A stretch of DNA of 64,000 nucleotides from the IMG/VR virus record IMGVR_UViG_3300027804_000001, positions 160,001 through 224,000 of that record. One strand, 5' to 3'. The notes beneath the pieces are model-generated. The model saw nothing but the letters and a program-made list of their open reading frames with translations. It was not told where the DNA came from and did no database searches. Numbering within the stretch: position 1 is the stretch's first letter; the number at the start of each line of letters is the position of its first letter. The stretch comes from a virus. Its lineage: Duplodnaviria > Caudoviricetes. A program made the position numbers and the translations under genes. Shown in pieces: positions 27,991 to 37,098 of the stretch.

Positions 27991-28610
27991 TATAGTAAAT
28001 TTTTGGGGCTTTTACTTTTGGCTGCAAAGTTGAAATTTATGATAAACCTATCACCATCCAATGGATAATTGGCGTGATGAGCTAGTCTACCGTCAAAAAC
28101 AAAACATCTTCCCATTTTTGGGGACACTCTTTTTAGTAGAGAATAAGAATCATAATTAACGTTATTAAAGTTTTCTTGGAAGGATTGAACGTTATCTCCA
28201 TTTACGTTTGTATAAAGACAGGTGTCACCTGTCGAATCGTTAACATAATAGACCACCGCAATGTGTTCATTTATCCTATCGTAATGTAATAAATGCATCG
28301 GATTGTGTTCAAAACTAATAGGTTGGGTCCAGTTAATTTTCCATCTATAATTTTGAACAAATTCTAAGTTTATTTTTTCCGAAATTCTAATTTGGAAATC
28401 ACTGATTAAATCTTTAATCTTATCATCCTTACAGTTATTTTGAGGGTGGACTTTGGCGGGGAATTTATGTGTACTTAATTTACCACCATAATATCCCGTA
28501 ACATTTTCCATGAATTCCCATTTTATGTTTTGATTTTTAACATATTCATATAAAATCTCTTGATTTTCTTTTGAAATTATATCGTCAAATATGTAATAAT
28601 TTTTAATCAT
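27990..28610 (-). CDS. 2OG-Fe(II) oxygenase-like protein
   Basis: HYD, VYYVNDSTGDT, PKMGRCFVFDG, HHA, RFIINFN. Confidence 0.8.
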   Translation of the reverse strand: MIKNYYIFDDIISKENQEILYEYVKNQNIKWEFMENVTGYYGGKLSTHKFPAKVHPQNNCKDDKIKDLISDFQIRISEKINLEFVQNYRWKINWTQPISFEHNPMHLLHYDRINEHIAVVYYVNDSTGDTCLYTNVNGDNVQSFQENFNNVNYDSYSLLKRVSPKMGRCFVFDGRLAHHANYPLDGDRFIINFNFAAKSKSPKNLL

Positions 28611-29260
28611 AATAAACTTTTCTCTTTTTTAATATAATCAAACCCAACATTACCGGCCACAACAATTCTATCAATAGTTGAATTCGGAGCATTATTTGGT
28701 GAGTGTGGCATATCGGCCTCCATTATTATTAAATCATCATTCTCAGGTCTAATCCAATATTCTTTTTTATTTTTTCCTCTAAAATATAACACACCATCTT
28801 CTCCATTCATTACATCCGGCATTTGAATGTAATAGACATAAGTATAATGAGGGGTAAATGATTTCATTTCTTTATTTATATCAGTATGAACGTGAAATTT
28901 GTCAACCCCTTTTAACTCTTCATGTTTGAATTGAATTTGAACCGGATTCGTTGATCTCACAACATTAACCCAAACCTCCGTATTGATTTTATTATACGTG
29001 GTATTTGTTTCTTCGTAAAGTTTTTTACAAGAATCTATCCCAATTTGTATTATTTCATCTAATTTTGTTTCAATTTTAACCTCACCTAAATAATTCAAAT
29101 TTTTATTCCATTCTTTTTTATACCCAAATCCATCTGTTTTAGTATCTGGTTGTGATTCAATAACGGAGTTTGCCAATTTTAATAATTCGGATTTGTCAGA
29201 TACTCGGTTTAATTTAGTTTTCCAAATATATGTGGTCTCGTCAAAATATAATTTTTCCAT
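28607..29260 (-). CDS. 2OG-Fe(II) oxygenase-like protein
   Basis: FHVH, YVYY, GVLYF, PHSP, RIVVAGN. Confidence 0.7.
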   Translation of the reverse strand: MEKLYFDETTYIWKTKLNRVSDKSELLKLANSVIESQPDTKTDGFGYKKEWNKNLNYLGEVKIETKLDEIIQIGIDSCKKLYEETNTTYNKINTEVWVNVVRSTNPVQIQFKHEELKGVDKFHVHTDINKEMKSFTPHYTYVYYIQMPDVMNGEDGVLYFRGKNKKEYWIRPENDDLIIMEADMPHSPNNAPNSTIDRIVVAGNVGFDYIKKEKSLL

Positions 29261-30510
29261 TAAATTATGTTTTTAAACTTACCTTTTTTATTTTTTTTGT
29301 AGACCATATCATAATTGTAAATCAGAAATGGTAATTTGTCTTCTGTCCAATATTCAAATTCAAAAGATTTCAATAAATCAGTGTCGTTTTTTAACGTTAA
29401 TTTATTATCATTATCCAAGATGGATTTAAGTTTTGTTGGTATGGGGGCATTATACGCATCTTTCCAAAATTCGGTATCTAATCTTTCATTAAGATAATGA
29501 TACCTAACAAACATCATATTTTGTTCATTTGTTTCGGCACAAATTTTATTAAACATGTCTCTATAGGAAGTATCAAATTCGAAATCAATTAGTCTTTTTA
29601 ATTGTATAATAGTAGACATTAATGATGTTGCTTCCAACGGTTCTAAAAAACCATAAGACAATCCGATTGAAATACTATTACCTATCCAACTCCTTTTAAA
29701 TGTACCAGCTTTGAAGTCAAAAACTTTTTGTATTGTTATTTCATGTCCTAAATGTTCTTCTACTTCTTTTTTTGCGTCCTCAACGGAGACGTATTTATCA
29801 TTAAATGCATATCCACACCCCAATCTATGTTGTAGTGGTATTTGAAACATCCATCCACAATTCATTGCACACAAGTATGTGTGAGTCAAATCTTTGTAAG
29901 AAATGGATTTCATCTGAGGTAAAAAGAAACCAAATGCTTTATTAACTAAAAGATATTCTGAATAATCAATCCAACTTTCTTTATGGACACCACTAATAAT
30001 CAATCTAGCAAAACCACTACAATCGAATACAAAATCTAAATTAATAATTTCTCCGTTTGAAAGTTCAATATTATTTATGATTTCATTTGTATTATTTATT
30101 TTAATAACTTCTCCGTCTATCCAATTTACTCCCCTTCCTAATGCAATATTTTTAAAATATTCTGAGACTTTCCTAGCATCAAAGTGAAATGCAGAATAAC
30201 TTCTTACATCGTTTGTTTGTTTATTGTTTTGATGAAATAAGTGTTCTGATTCACTTCCTTTGTGTGTCCAATTAATTAATTGAAGTCCATTTTTGGTTGT
30301 TGATCCCGTTTTTTCTAAAAATTCTTTTACGTTTATATCTAATAATTTAAGAAATAAACCGAAATTAGATGTACCACCTTCACCAGCACCTAATATCCCA
30401 ATTTTAGAACTTTCAATTAGAGTAACTTTTGTGTCTTTCCAAAACTTTTGTACACTTAACGCAGTTGCCCATCCCGCAGTCCCTCCTCCAATTATCACAA
30501 CATTTTTCAT
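29260..30510 (-). CDS. Flavin-dependent tryptophan-halogenase family protein
   Basis: GGGTAG, ILGAGEG, TKNGLQLINW, FDCSGF, GWMFQIPL, GFLEPLEATS. Confidence 0.88.
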   Translation of the reverse strand: MKNVVIIGGGTAGWATALSVQKFWKDTKVTLIESSKIGILGAGEGGTSNFGLFLKLLDINVKEFLEKTGSTTKNGLQLINWTHKGSESEHLFHQNNKQTNDVRSYSAFHFDARKVSEYFKNIALGRGVNWIDGEVIKINNTNEIINNIELSNGEIINLDFVFDCSGFARLIISGVHKESWIDYSEYLLVNKAFGFFLPQMKSISYKDLTHTYLCAMNCGWMFQIPLQHRLGCGYAFNDKYVSVEDAKKEVEEHLGHEITIQKVFDFKAGTFKRSWIGNSISIGLSYGFLEPLEATSLMSTIIQLKRLIDFEFDTSYRDMFNKICAETNEQNMMFVRYHYLNERLDTEFWKDAYNAPIPTKLKSILDNDNKLTLKNDTDLLKSFEFEYWTEDKLPFLIYNYDMVYKKNKKGKFKNII

Positions 30511-31076
30511 AATAAATTAATTTTTTTTATTGACGAAGGCCACACATTTATTGAATATCTTTTACCACTTACAATTGGTTCTACCGAATGTGTAATGTTG
30601 GATTCAAATATAAAAACACTTCCTTTTATTTTTGGTACGTTATATTCGGTTCCATCTAATATATATTTCACAAAACCACCATCATATTCGTCATTTAATT
30701 GAATAATAAAAGTTAATGTGGCACCATTTATTATCTCATGATTATCTTCGTGCCACTCTAAAAAATCATCTTTGTTATAACGATTAAATGAATATTTTAA
30801 AACTTTGACATATTCAATAGAATTAAGTGGTTTTAATCTATTACATGTGTTTATTATTTTTTTTGTTTGGTGTTCTAATATTGGGTCTAATAAAACCTCA
30901 TTGACAAAATAACAACCCATTCTTTTATTACCTTTATATTCCAAATTAGAATCGATTAGTTTACCTTTTACTATTTTAGATGACTTCATTTCTTTCAATG
31001 ACATCGACTCACCCAAATTTATTAGATAATCACACTCATCGTTGGTTAAAAAATTCTCAATCAATTTAGTGTACAT
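30507..31076 (-). CDS. 2OG-Fe(II) oxygenase (P4H-like)
   Basis: WHED, LNDEYDGG, THSV, GKRYS. Confidence 0.88.
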   Translation of the reverse strand: MYTKLIENFLTNDECDYLINLGESMSLKEMKSSKIVKGKLIDSNLEYKGNKRMGCYFVNEVLLDPILEHQTKKIINTCNRLKPLNSIEYVKVLKYSFNRYNKDDFLEWHEDNHEIINGATLTFIIQLNDEYDGGFVKYILDGTEYNVPKIKGSVFIFESNITHSVEPIVSGKRYSINVWPSSIKKINLL

Positions 31077-31078
31077 AA

Positions 31079-31627
31079 TTAGATTAAACTTTTAATTTTA
31101 TTTTCAATTTTTTGCAATCCAACCCAATTAACTATTGAATATCTGGTACCACTAATTATAGGTGTTATTCTATGTAATTTGTTTGATGGGAATAAAAATA
31201 AATTTCCAGCACCCTCTTCTAATTTTAAGTTTTCTTTATCTCCAACAATTTCAAAATTTCCACCGGTGTATTCGTCGTTTAATTGGATGACGGCTGAGTA
31301 GAACCTTTCGGGTCGGATTTCAATTGTTGAATCAACATGCCAATCATAATAACCACCAATTTCATATTGAGTGAATTGAAATTTACTTAAGTTGGTTACT
31401 GTATGTCCATTTATGGGCAATTTATCTCTAAGAACTTCTTTTAATTTTTCGTTTAAAAAACCTAAATTATCAATTCCTGCCACATTAGATTTTCTACCGT
31501 CTTTTGAATCTCCATAAACATCTGCCGGTTTTAATTCCAATTCGACTAAACATTTATTTAGAATGAAATTACATTCTTCTTTTGATAAAAAATTTTTTAT
31601 GGTAAAAATATTATTCATTTTTTCCAA
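31079..31627 (-). CDS. 2OG-Fe(II) oxygenase (PKHD/P4H-like)
   Basis: WHVD, LNDEYTGGNF, FPS, LHRI, GTRYS. Confidence 0.9.
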   Translation of the reverse strand: MEKMNNIFTIKNFLSKEECNFILNKCLVELELKPADVYGDSKDGRKSNVAGIDNLGFLNEKLKEVLRDKLPINGHTVTNLSKFQFTQYEIGGYYDWHVDSTIEIRPERFYSAVIQLNDEYTGGNFEIVGDKENLKLEEGAGNLFLFPSNKLHRITPIISGTRYSIVNWVGLQKIENKIKSLI

Positions 31628-31823
31628 TTCCGTATTTACTAAATTTATACCACACCCTTTCGTGTAGAAAATAAATAATTGGTTTTAAAATTATTTCACC
31701 TAAACCGACCATACTAGCCCATTTAAGTGGTAAACCAGCTGAAACTGTTAATAAAATTGTTGTAATAGTACCAACAATTCTGTAGGTTATACTTTTTGCA
31801 ATGTGTCTTTTAATTAGTGGCAT
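31611..31823 (-). CDS. DUF2061 family small membrane protein
   Basis: AKSITYRI, YFLHERVW. Confidence 0.85.
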   Translation of the reverse strand: MPLIKRHIAKSITYRIVGTITTILLTVSAGLPLKWASMVGLGEIILKPIIYFLHERVWYKFSKYGIGKNE

Positions 31824-32032
31824 TATATCAACGTTAACTCTTTTTTCTTACCTATTTCAAAAAACATTATTAAACTAAATCTTACTCCTTTTATTACAGG
31901 TAAGACTCTGTGTGGTAATTTATTGTTAGATATTATAGATAAGTTATTTTTTGGTTTTATTTTTATTTTTTCTTTCTTTTCGTCTATGTATTCAAATTCC
32001 CCACCATCGAAATTTTCATTTATCCATATCAT
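31823..32032 (-). pseudogene. C-terminal half of a 2OG-Fe(II) oxygenase (lacks HxD)
   Basis: INENFDGGEF, PHRV, GVRFS present; N-terminal half absent. Confidence 0.55.
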
Positions 32033-32050
32033 AATGAACGACTGATTTTC

Positions 32051-32413
32051 TTATAAATTTGTGGTACCGTCTGACTTTATCTCTCCTTTTCTAATTTTAG
32101 TACCACTTATTTCTGCAATTTCTGTTGGTGGTTCGTGATAAACGACATCATAACCAACTCCCCTACCATAATTTACCGATTCAATATCGGGTATAATACT
32201 GATAAAAATTTTATTAGAGTTTTCAACAAAAAAGGGTTCCTGTGATAATTCCATTAAAATGTCATGTGCCTTCTTAGGGTTATTCTCATCTTGTGGTACA
32301 TCTCTAATTGCCACCCACACATTTTTTCCTTTATCCAATTGTTGGCGGATTAACCATTCGTGGCCTTTATGCCAATTTTGCCATCTTCCGATGTATAATG
32401 CGTATTTTTTCAT
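32051..32413 (-). CDS. Minimal HIGH-family nucleotidyltransferase (cytidyltransferase-like; possible ATP sulfurylase)
   Basis: GRWQNWHKGH, ISGTKIR; coupled to APS kinase. Confidence 0.75.
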   Translation of the reverse strand: MKKYALYIGRWQNWHKGHEWLIRQQLDKGKNVWVAIRDVPQDENNPKKAHDILMELSQEPFFVENSNKIFISIIPDIESVNYGRGVGYDVVYHEPPTEIAEISGTKIRKGEIKSDGTTNL

Positions 32414-32847
32414 ATATCTATAAATTTAATTAAATCGATGAAGGATTCGTCATCGCGTTTGTTAGTGGTATTAATATCTACAAAATTTTCTGTGGGGGGG
32501 TCGTAATTTGTCACATGAAAGTTTTCTCTTCCTCTAATTTCTGTTGTGTGAACATAAATCTCAATTACGTCATTCATTTTTTTGAACTCGTCTCTTTGAT
32601 CTTTATATGGAGAAACCAAGGATACTACAACCGAATAACCCTTTTCATTCATAAAACGAGCAATATCTTGTGCCCTTTCTATGTTTCGTCTTCTACCTGT
32701 TTCTGAATAATCTTTATTTTGAAAGATGTCTCTTAGGTCGTCACCATCAATATGAATAACCTTCTCTGTGTTACTCAAATATGACAATAAATGTTTTGCT
32801 AATGTCGTTTTACCCGCTGCGGGTTGTCCTGTAAACCAATAAATCAT
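32410..32847 (-). CDS. cysC: Adenylyl-sulfate kinase
   Basis: WFTGQPAAGKTT P-loop, IDGDDLR, VSPYKDQR, YDPP. Confidence 0.9.
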   Translation of the reverse strand: MIYWFTGQPAAGKTTLAKHLLSYLSNTEKVIHIDGDDLRDIFQNKDYSETGRRRNIERAQDIARFMNEKGYSVVVSLVSPYKDQRDEFKKMNDVIEIYVHTTEIRGRENFHVTNYDPPTENFVDINTTNKRDDESFIDLIKFIDI

Positions 32848-32854
32848 ATATCAT

Positions 32855-32883
32855 AATATAATGATTTTTTTTCTAAAAATCAA
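32855..32883 (-). promoter_or_regulatory. sigma70-like promoter, leaderless
   Basis: TTGATT-N17-TATATT, 7 nt before ATG 32847. Confidence 0.7.
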
Positions 32884-33557
32884 ATGAATTTTAGTGGTTC
32901 ATTTAGAGTTTTATTGAACAGTTTGGGGGTTATTCCTAATAAATTAAAAATGTATGATAATGCAATTCCTTCAGAACTACCATAACAACTAAATCCCGAT
33001 TGTTCAACCACACTCATATAATCAAAAATTGGTTTTATTTTTTCCATTTCATATATGATTCTTGTGGTATTATCGTCATATGGAAAATACATATAACACT
33101 CTCTGATTGTTGTTAATTCATTATAATCGAAATTTATTTTTTTGAAGTACAAATAAATTGGTAAGTAGTACACGCTAAAATAATCACCGAACTTATCCCA
33201 TGGAACGTATTTTTTATTGGTTTCGTCCCATTTTTGCCACTTCTCAAAAAAAACATAGTCTTTTGTTTCTTTGAAATTTTTAAAAAAATTATCGGTAAGG
33301 TTCTCACCAAAATCATGGTCTATGTAGAGAACATTTTGTTGAGTTTTTTCTGCAATTCTTAGTGAGAATAAAAGTTTATCAAAATATGAGAATATTTTAT
33401 TTTGATAATATTCGGTTTTAGTATTGGGAAATAATTCTGGTTTGTCTGTTAAGACGTAAACATCCCAACCCCGATTTTTAAAACGTTCAATTTGTTTAAT
33501 TGATTCATCAGGATTACTGGTGTAGTTTTCACCAACCAAAACTAAAGTTAAAATCAT
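32880..33557 (-). CDS. Hypothetical protein, possible GT-A-like
   Basis: FSYFDKL, LYIDHD DxD-like motif, SEGIALS. Confidence 0.45.
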   Translation of the reverse strand: MILTLVLVGENYTSNPDESIKQIERFKNRGWDVYVLTDKPELFPNTKTEYYQNKIFSYFDKLLFSLRIAEKTQQNVLYIDHDFGENLTDNFFKNFKETKDYVFFEKWQKWDETNKKYVPWDKFGDYFSVYYLPIYLYFKKINFDYNELTTIRECYMYFPYDDNTTRIIYEMEKIKPIFDYMSVVEQSGFSCYGSSEGIALSYIFNLLGITPKLFNKTLNEPLKFI

Positions 33558-33558
33558 A

Positions 33559-33678
33559 TTAATGATTATAGATAAACGGATCTCTCTTTCTGAGTTCCTC
33601 TAACTTTTTCTTTATTTCCTTTTTCTTTTTTCTTTCTTGGATTTTATTCTTAACCCATTTAATTAATTTCATTATCAT
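33559..33678 (-). CDS. Small basic protein (39 aa), not in ORF track
   Basis: Translated by hand: MIMKLIKWVKNKIQERKRKKEIKKKLEELRKRDPFIYNH; tightly packed between neighbours. Confidence 0.7.
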   Translation of the reverse strand: MIMKLIKWVKNKIQERKKKKEIKKKLEELRKRDPFIYNH

Positions 33679-33685
33679 AAAAAAA

Positions 33686-35350
33686 TCATTTATATATTAC
33701 ATAATTACCTATAACCAAAATATCCATCTCGGTATCATAGAAAGTATCAATCGCATCTTTTGGTGTTAACACCATTGTTTTGTCTTTCACATTGAATGAA
33801 GTATTAAGAAGGATTGGATATCCGGTTAGTTGTTCAAAAACAGTTAAGAGATTGTGTATTTTAGTGTGTTTATATACTGTTTGTACTCTAGCAGTTCCGT
33901 CAACATGTGTAACCGCTTTTAATATATCCACATATTCGTCCTTTACTTTAACAACTTGATTCATATAAGGAACATCCTCAACCATTTCAAAAAAATCAAA
34001 TTGTCTTTCTTTTGTAACCATTGGTGCAAATGGTCTAAAACCCTCTCTCTTTTTAATCACTTTATTTATTTTATCTTTCATTCCGTCTATTGTTGGATTG
34101 GCTAAAATTGATCTATTACCTAACGCCCTTGCACCGAATTCACACCTTCCTTGAAACCATCCGACAACCTTTCCCTTTTTTAAATTTAGGGCAACATGTT
34201 CCAACAATCTATTTTCTAAAGTAAACTTGAATATTTTTTCTTTCTTAATGTCCTTTAAAAATTTATCGTATTCATATCTTGGACCAATAAAAGGATTTTT
34301 TTGAATTCTATTTTTTAAGAGGTCGTTCTTTACCAAATAATGAACACACGCACCAATACATGAACCAGCATCTGATGGTGCCGGTGGTATCCATAAACTT
34401 TTAACATGTGTCTTTCTTATAATCTTTCCATTTGCGGTTCCGTTATATGCACAACCACCACTTAAACAAAGATTTGTATTTTGTGAAAATTTCTTTGTAT
34501 AGTTAATAATTTTAAATAATATCTCCTCATATACTTTTTGTACAGACGCAGCTAAATTTTTGTGTATAATTTCAATACTTTCCTCTGGTAATCTTTGTTC
34601 AATTCTTAAAACATTATATAGGTTTTCATTGAACATTAGTGTATCTGATCTATCCCAACAAAACACATCCATATCGCATTTTAGTTCTCCATTTTTGAAT
34701 GATATCAATTTTCTTACTCTATCAATTAATGGTCTATAATCACCATAAGACGCCAATCCCATCATTTTATATTCACCTTCATTTGGTTTAAATCCGAGGT
34801 AAGATGTCATTGCAGAATAGAATAGACCTAATGAATGTGGATATTTTGATAATGTTTTATATTCAATTCCTTTTGAATTTGCCAATCCAAAAGATAATGT
34901 ATCTATTTCACCGACACCATCAACAGATAAACAATTAGATTCTTTATAATCTGACATAAAAAAAGAATAATATTGATGTGCTAAATGATGTTCAGAATAA
35001 AAAATATTATCAGAATAGTTCGATAACATTTTTTTCACATTTTTAATATTATTTTTAATTTTAAAATAACTCTTTAAAGAGAATATTGGGTTTTTAAATA
35101 GTTTTGTTTTTACATTTTCTTTTACACGTTTAAGTTTTAATTGTGGGTTTTCATAATAACAAATAACAGAAATGTCTTTCTTTGTTAAATTATATTGTTT
35201 GAATATATAGTCAAGTGTTTTTACAGGAAACGATGAATCATGTTTTATACCTGTAAATTTTTCTTCCTCACAGGCAAACAATAATTCTCCGTTCTTGAAT
35301 AAACAAGCTGAAGAATCGTGATAGTATGCCGAAACACCAATTACGTACAT
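33686..35350 (-). CDS. Carbamoyltransferase (NodU/CmcH/TobZ family)
   Basis: YYHDSSA, EHHLAH, DGVGE, GEYKMMGLASYG, FGARALGNRS, KKREGFRPFAP, LLNTSFN. Confidence 0.95.
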   Translation of the reverse strand: MYVIGVSAYYHDSSACLFKNGELLFACEEEKFTGIKHDSSFPVKTLDYIFKQYNLTKKDISVICYYENPQLKLKRVKENVKTKLFKNPIFSLKSYFKIKNNIKNVKKMLSNYSDNIFYSEHHLAHQYYSFFMSDYKESNCLSVDGVGEIDTLSFGLANSKGIEYKTLSKYPHSLGLFYSAMTSYLGFKPNEGEYKMMGLASYGDYRPLIDRVRKLISFKNGELKCDMDVFCWDRSDTLMFNENLYNVLRIEQRLPEESIEIIHKNLAASVQKVYEEILFKIINYTKKFSQNTNLCLSGGCAYNGTANGKIIRKTHVKSLWIPPAPSDAGSCIGACVHYLVKNDLLKNRIQKNPFIGPRYEYDKFLKDIKKEKIFKFTLENRLLEHVALNLKKGKVVGWFQGRCEFGARALGNRSILANPTIDGMKDKINKVIKKREGFRPFAPMVTKERQFDFFEMVEDVPYMNQVVKVKDEYVDILKAVTHVDGTARVQTVYKHTKIHNLLTVFEQLTGYPILLNTSFNVKDKTMVLTPKDAIDTFYDTEMDILVIGNYVIYK

Positions 35351-35354
35351 TATT

Positions 35355-37088
35355 TTATAAATTTATTAAACTTTGAAAAAAGTTATAATCTGTCTTATCT
35401 TCATACAAACTAGCAACTATTTCTCTATTATGTTTGAATCTTTTTTTAGATTCTAAATAAAAACCAGATAATTGATTTTTAATTTTATTAAGACGAACAA
35501 TTTCATCGATAATCATTTTCATTCTTTTTTGTGGATTTGGTTCGTTGTCATAACTTGTATCCACAAAGTCTTCAAATAAATCAAACCCATATTTTTCTTT
35601 TGTTCTTTTAACATGTTGATATGTACCGACAAGTAACGGGATTTGGGAATAATACAATGGAATTAAAGTTTTCTCTGTAATGTGAATTACTTCATCTCTA
35701 GAGAATTGTGATTCATTTACGATATTAATATATGAATGTTTATATGGATTATTTTCAAACATATAATCCCAATTTTGTCCGCCACCTGGTGTATCTATGT
35801 CATACGTTTCAAATTCACTTTTTTTGTTTTCTGCATCTTTGAAATAATTAAAACTTTCTCTCATTTCATTTATCATTTCATCATCAAAAACATCTCTTAA
35901 TATGTTCATATCGATGTTACCATCTGGTAATCTATAATCAGCAAGTCTAGTTGCTCTTAAAAATGACCAATCGGTATCTTCTAATAAATTGTGGTGTTTA
36001 AGTGCTGTTAAAATACCAACCCTATGGCTTGTATAATTTCTATTATAACACATAAACAATCTTTCTTTTTTTGGTTGGAAGTGGTATCCATCGCAAAAGT
36101 TTAGTATGTTTCTTGTTACAACTAAAGGTAATCTATTTGAAACATGTACGTTTATATCAGAATTTGCTTCTTTTTTTAAATCAGGAAGTAGTTCATTTCC
36201 ATTAATTATAAAAATTTGATTTGTTGGTATTCCTTCCATTTTTGCAAAGTAATCTGAGAACTTTACTACGTTACCTAAATCACATTCGTGCTCTGTTATA
36301 AACAGAACTTTAAAATTTTCATTTTCAATTAGTAGTTTTTTGATTTCGTCTGATATCGGAAACTTTTTATTTTCGGATAAATAATGTGTTAAATAATATG
36401 GTACATGTACTAAATGATAAAAATTTTCCTCTTTTCTTTGAGTTATTTCTTCTTTGTTACAGATTTTATAATTTTTAACATCATACCAACCATTACCAAT
36501 AAAATCCAGTGTCATTGTTTCACTGGTGTTATGATTAAAATCGTCACAAATAAGATTTAATATTGTTTTATTGTTATATAATTCTGGATACTCGTTTATA
36601 ATATAAACACCCACTACACTTGTTGCTCGGTCATAATTTAGTCTAATGTCTTCGATTGTTTTACAATCAAGTATGGTAACATTTTTACACATACTTTTAA
36701 ATTCTTCAATATAATTTGCTTTGTGTTGATGTCCTGGGTCTAATGGTTTATCCGAACCTTTACCAACTCGTATAATCATGTGAACCTTTTCACCTGACAT
36801 TGATTCATATTTGTCAACATGATTTATTAATTGATTTGCTGCGGAAATTAAAAAATCCCATCTAGGGTAAAATGTAATTACTCTTTTACCTGTCATTGCT
36901 AATCCTAAACTCATACCCATCTGAGTTTCCTCCATTACAGGAACCTCAATCATTTTTTCTTTAGGTACTTCATCAAGTGTTGTACTCATTGGGTTACCTC
37001 TATATACAATTTGTTGTCCAATAAAAACATAATCATCATCTTTTGATAATTTAGTCATTATTTCAGAAAGTGTTTCTTTATATGTCAT
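35355..37088 (-). CDS. Fusion: TPP enzyme E1-beta/transketolase pyrimidine-binding domain + unnamed GT-like domain
   Basis: EVPVMEETQMGMSLGLA, GHQH; C-terminal INIVNES...ITEKT...YGFDLF...SYDNE. Confidence 0.75.
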   Translation of the reverse strand: MTYKETLSEIMTKLSKDDDYVFIGQQIVYRGNPMSTTLDEVPKEKMIEVPVMEETQMGMSLGLAMTGKRVITFYPRWDFLISAANQLINHVDKYESMSGEKVHMIIRVGKGSDKPLDPGHQHKANYIEEFKSMCKNVTILDCKTIEDIRLNYDRATSVVGVYIINEYPELYNNKTILNLICDDFNHNTSETMTLDFIGNGWYDVKNYKICNKEEITQRKEENFYHLVHVPYYLTHYLSENKKFPISDEIKKLLIENENFKVLFITEHECDLGNVVKFSDYFAKMEGIPTNQIFIINGNELLPDLKKEANSDINVHVSNRLPLVVTRNILNFCDGYHFQPKKERLFMCYNRNYTSHRVGILTALKHHNLLEDTDWSFLRATRLADYRLPDGNIDMNILRDVFDDEMINEMRESFNYFKDAENKKSEFETYDIDTPGGGQNWDYMFENNPYKHSYINIVNESQFSRDEVIHITEKTLIPLYYSQIPLLVGTYQHVKRTKEKYGFDLFEDFVDTSYDNEPNPQKRMKMIIDEIVRLNKIKNQLSGFYLESKKRFKHNREIVASLYEDKTDYNFFQSLINL

Positions 37089-37098
37089 ATTCTTTAAT

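Noticed and set aside
23763-31627. P4H-like oxygenases hydroxylating the collagen-like fibre
   Set aside because: The repeat tracts contain essentially no Pro or Lys, so they are not substrates for prolyl or lysyl hydroxylation.
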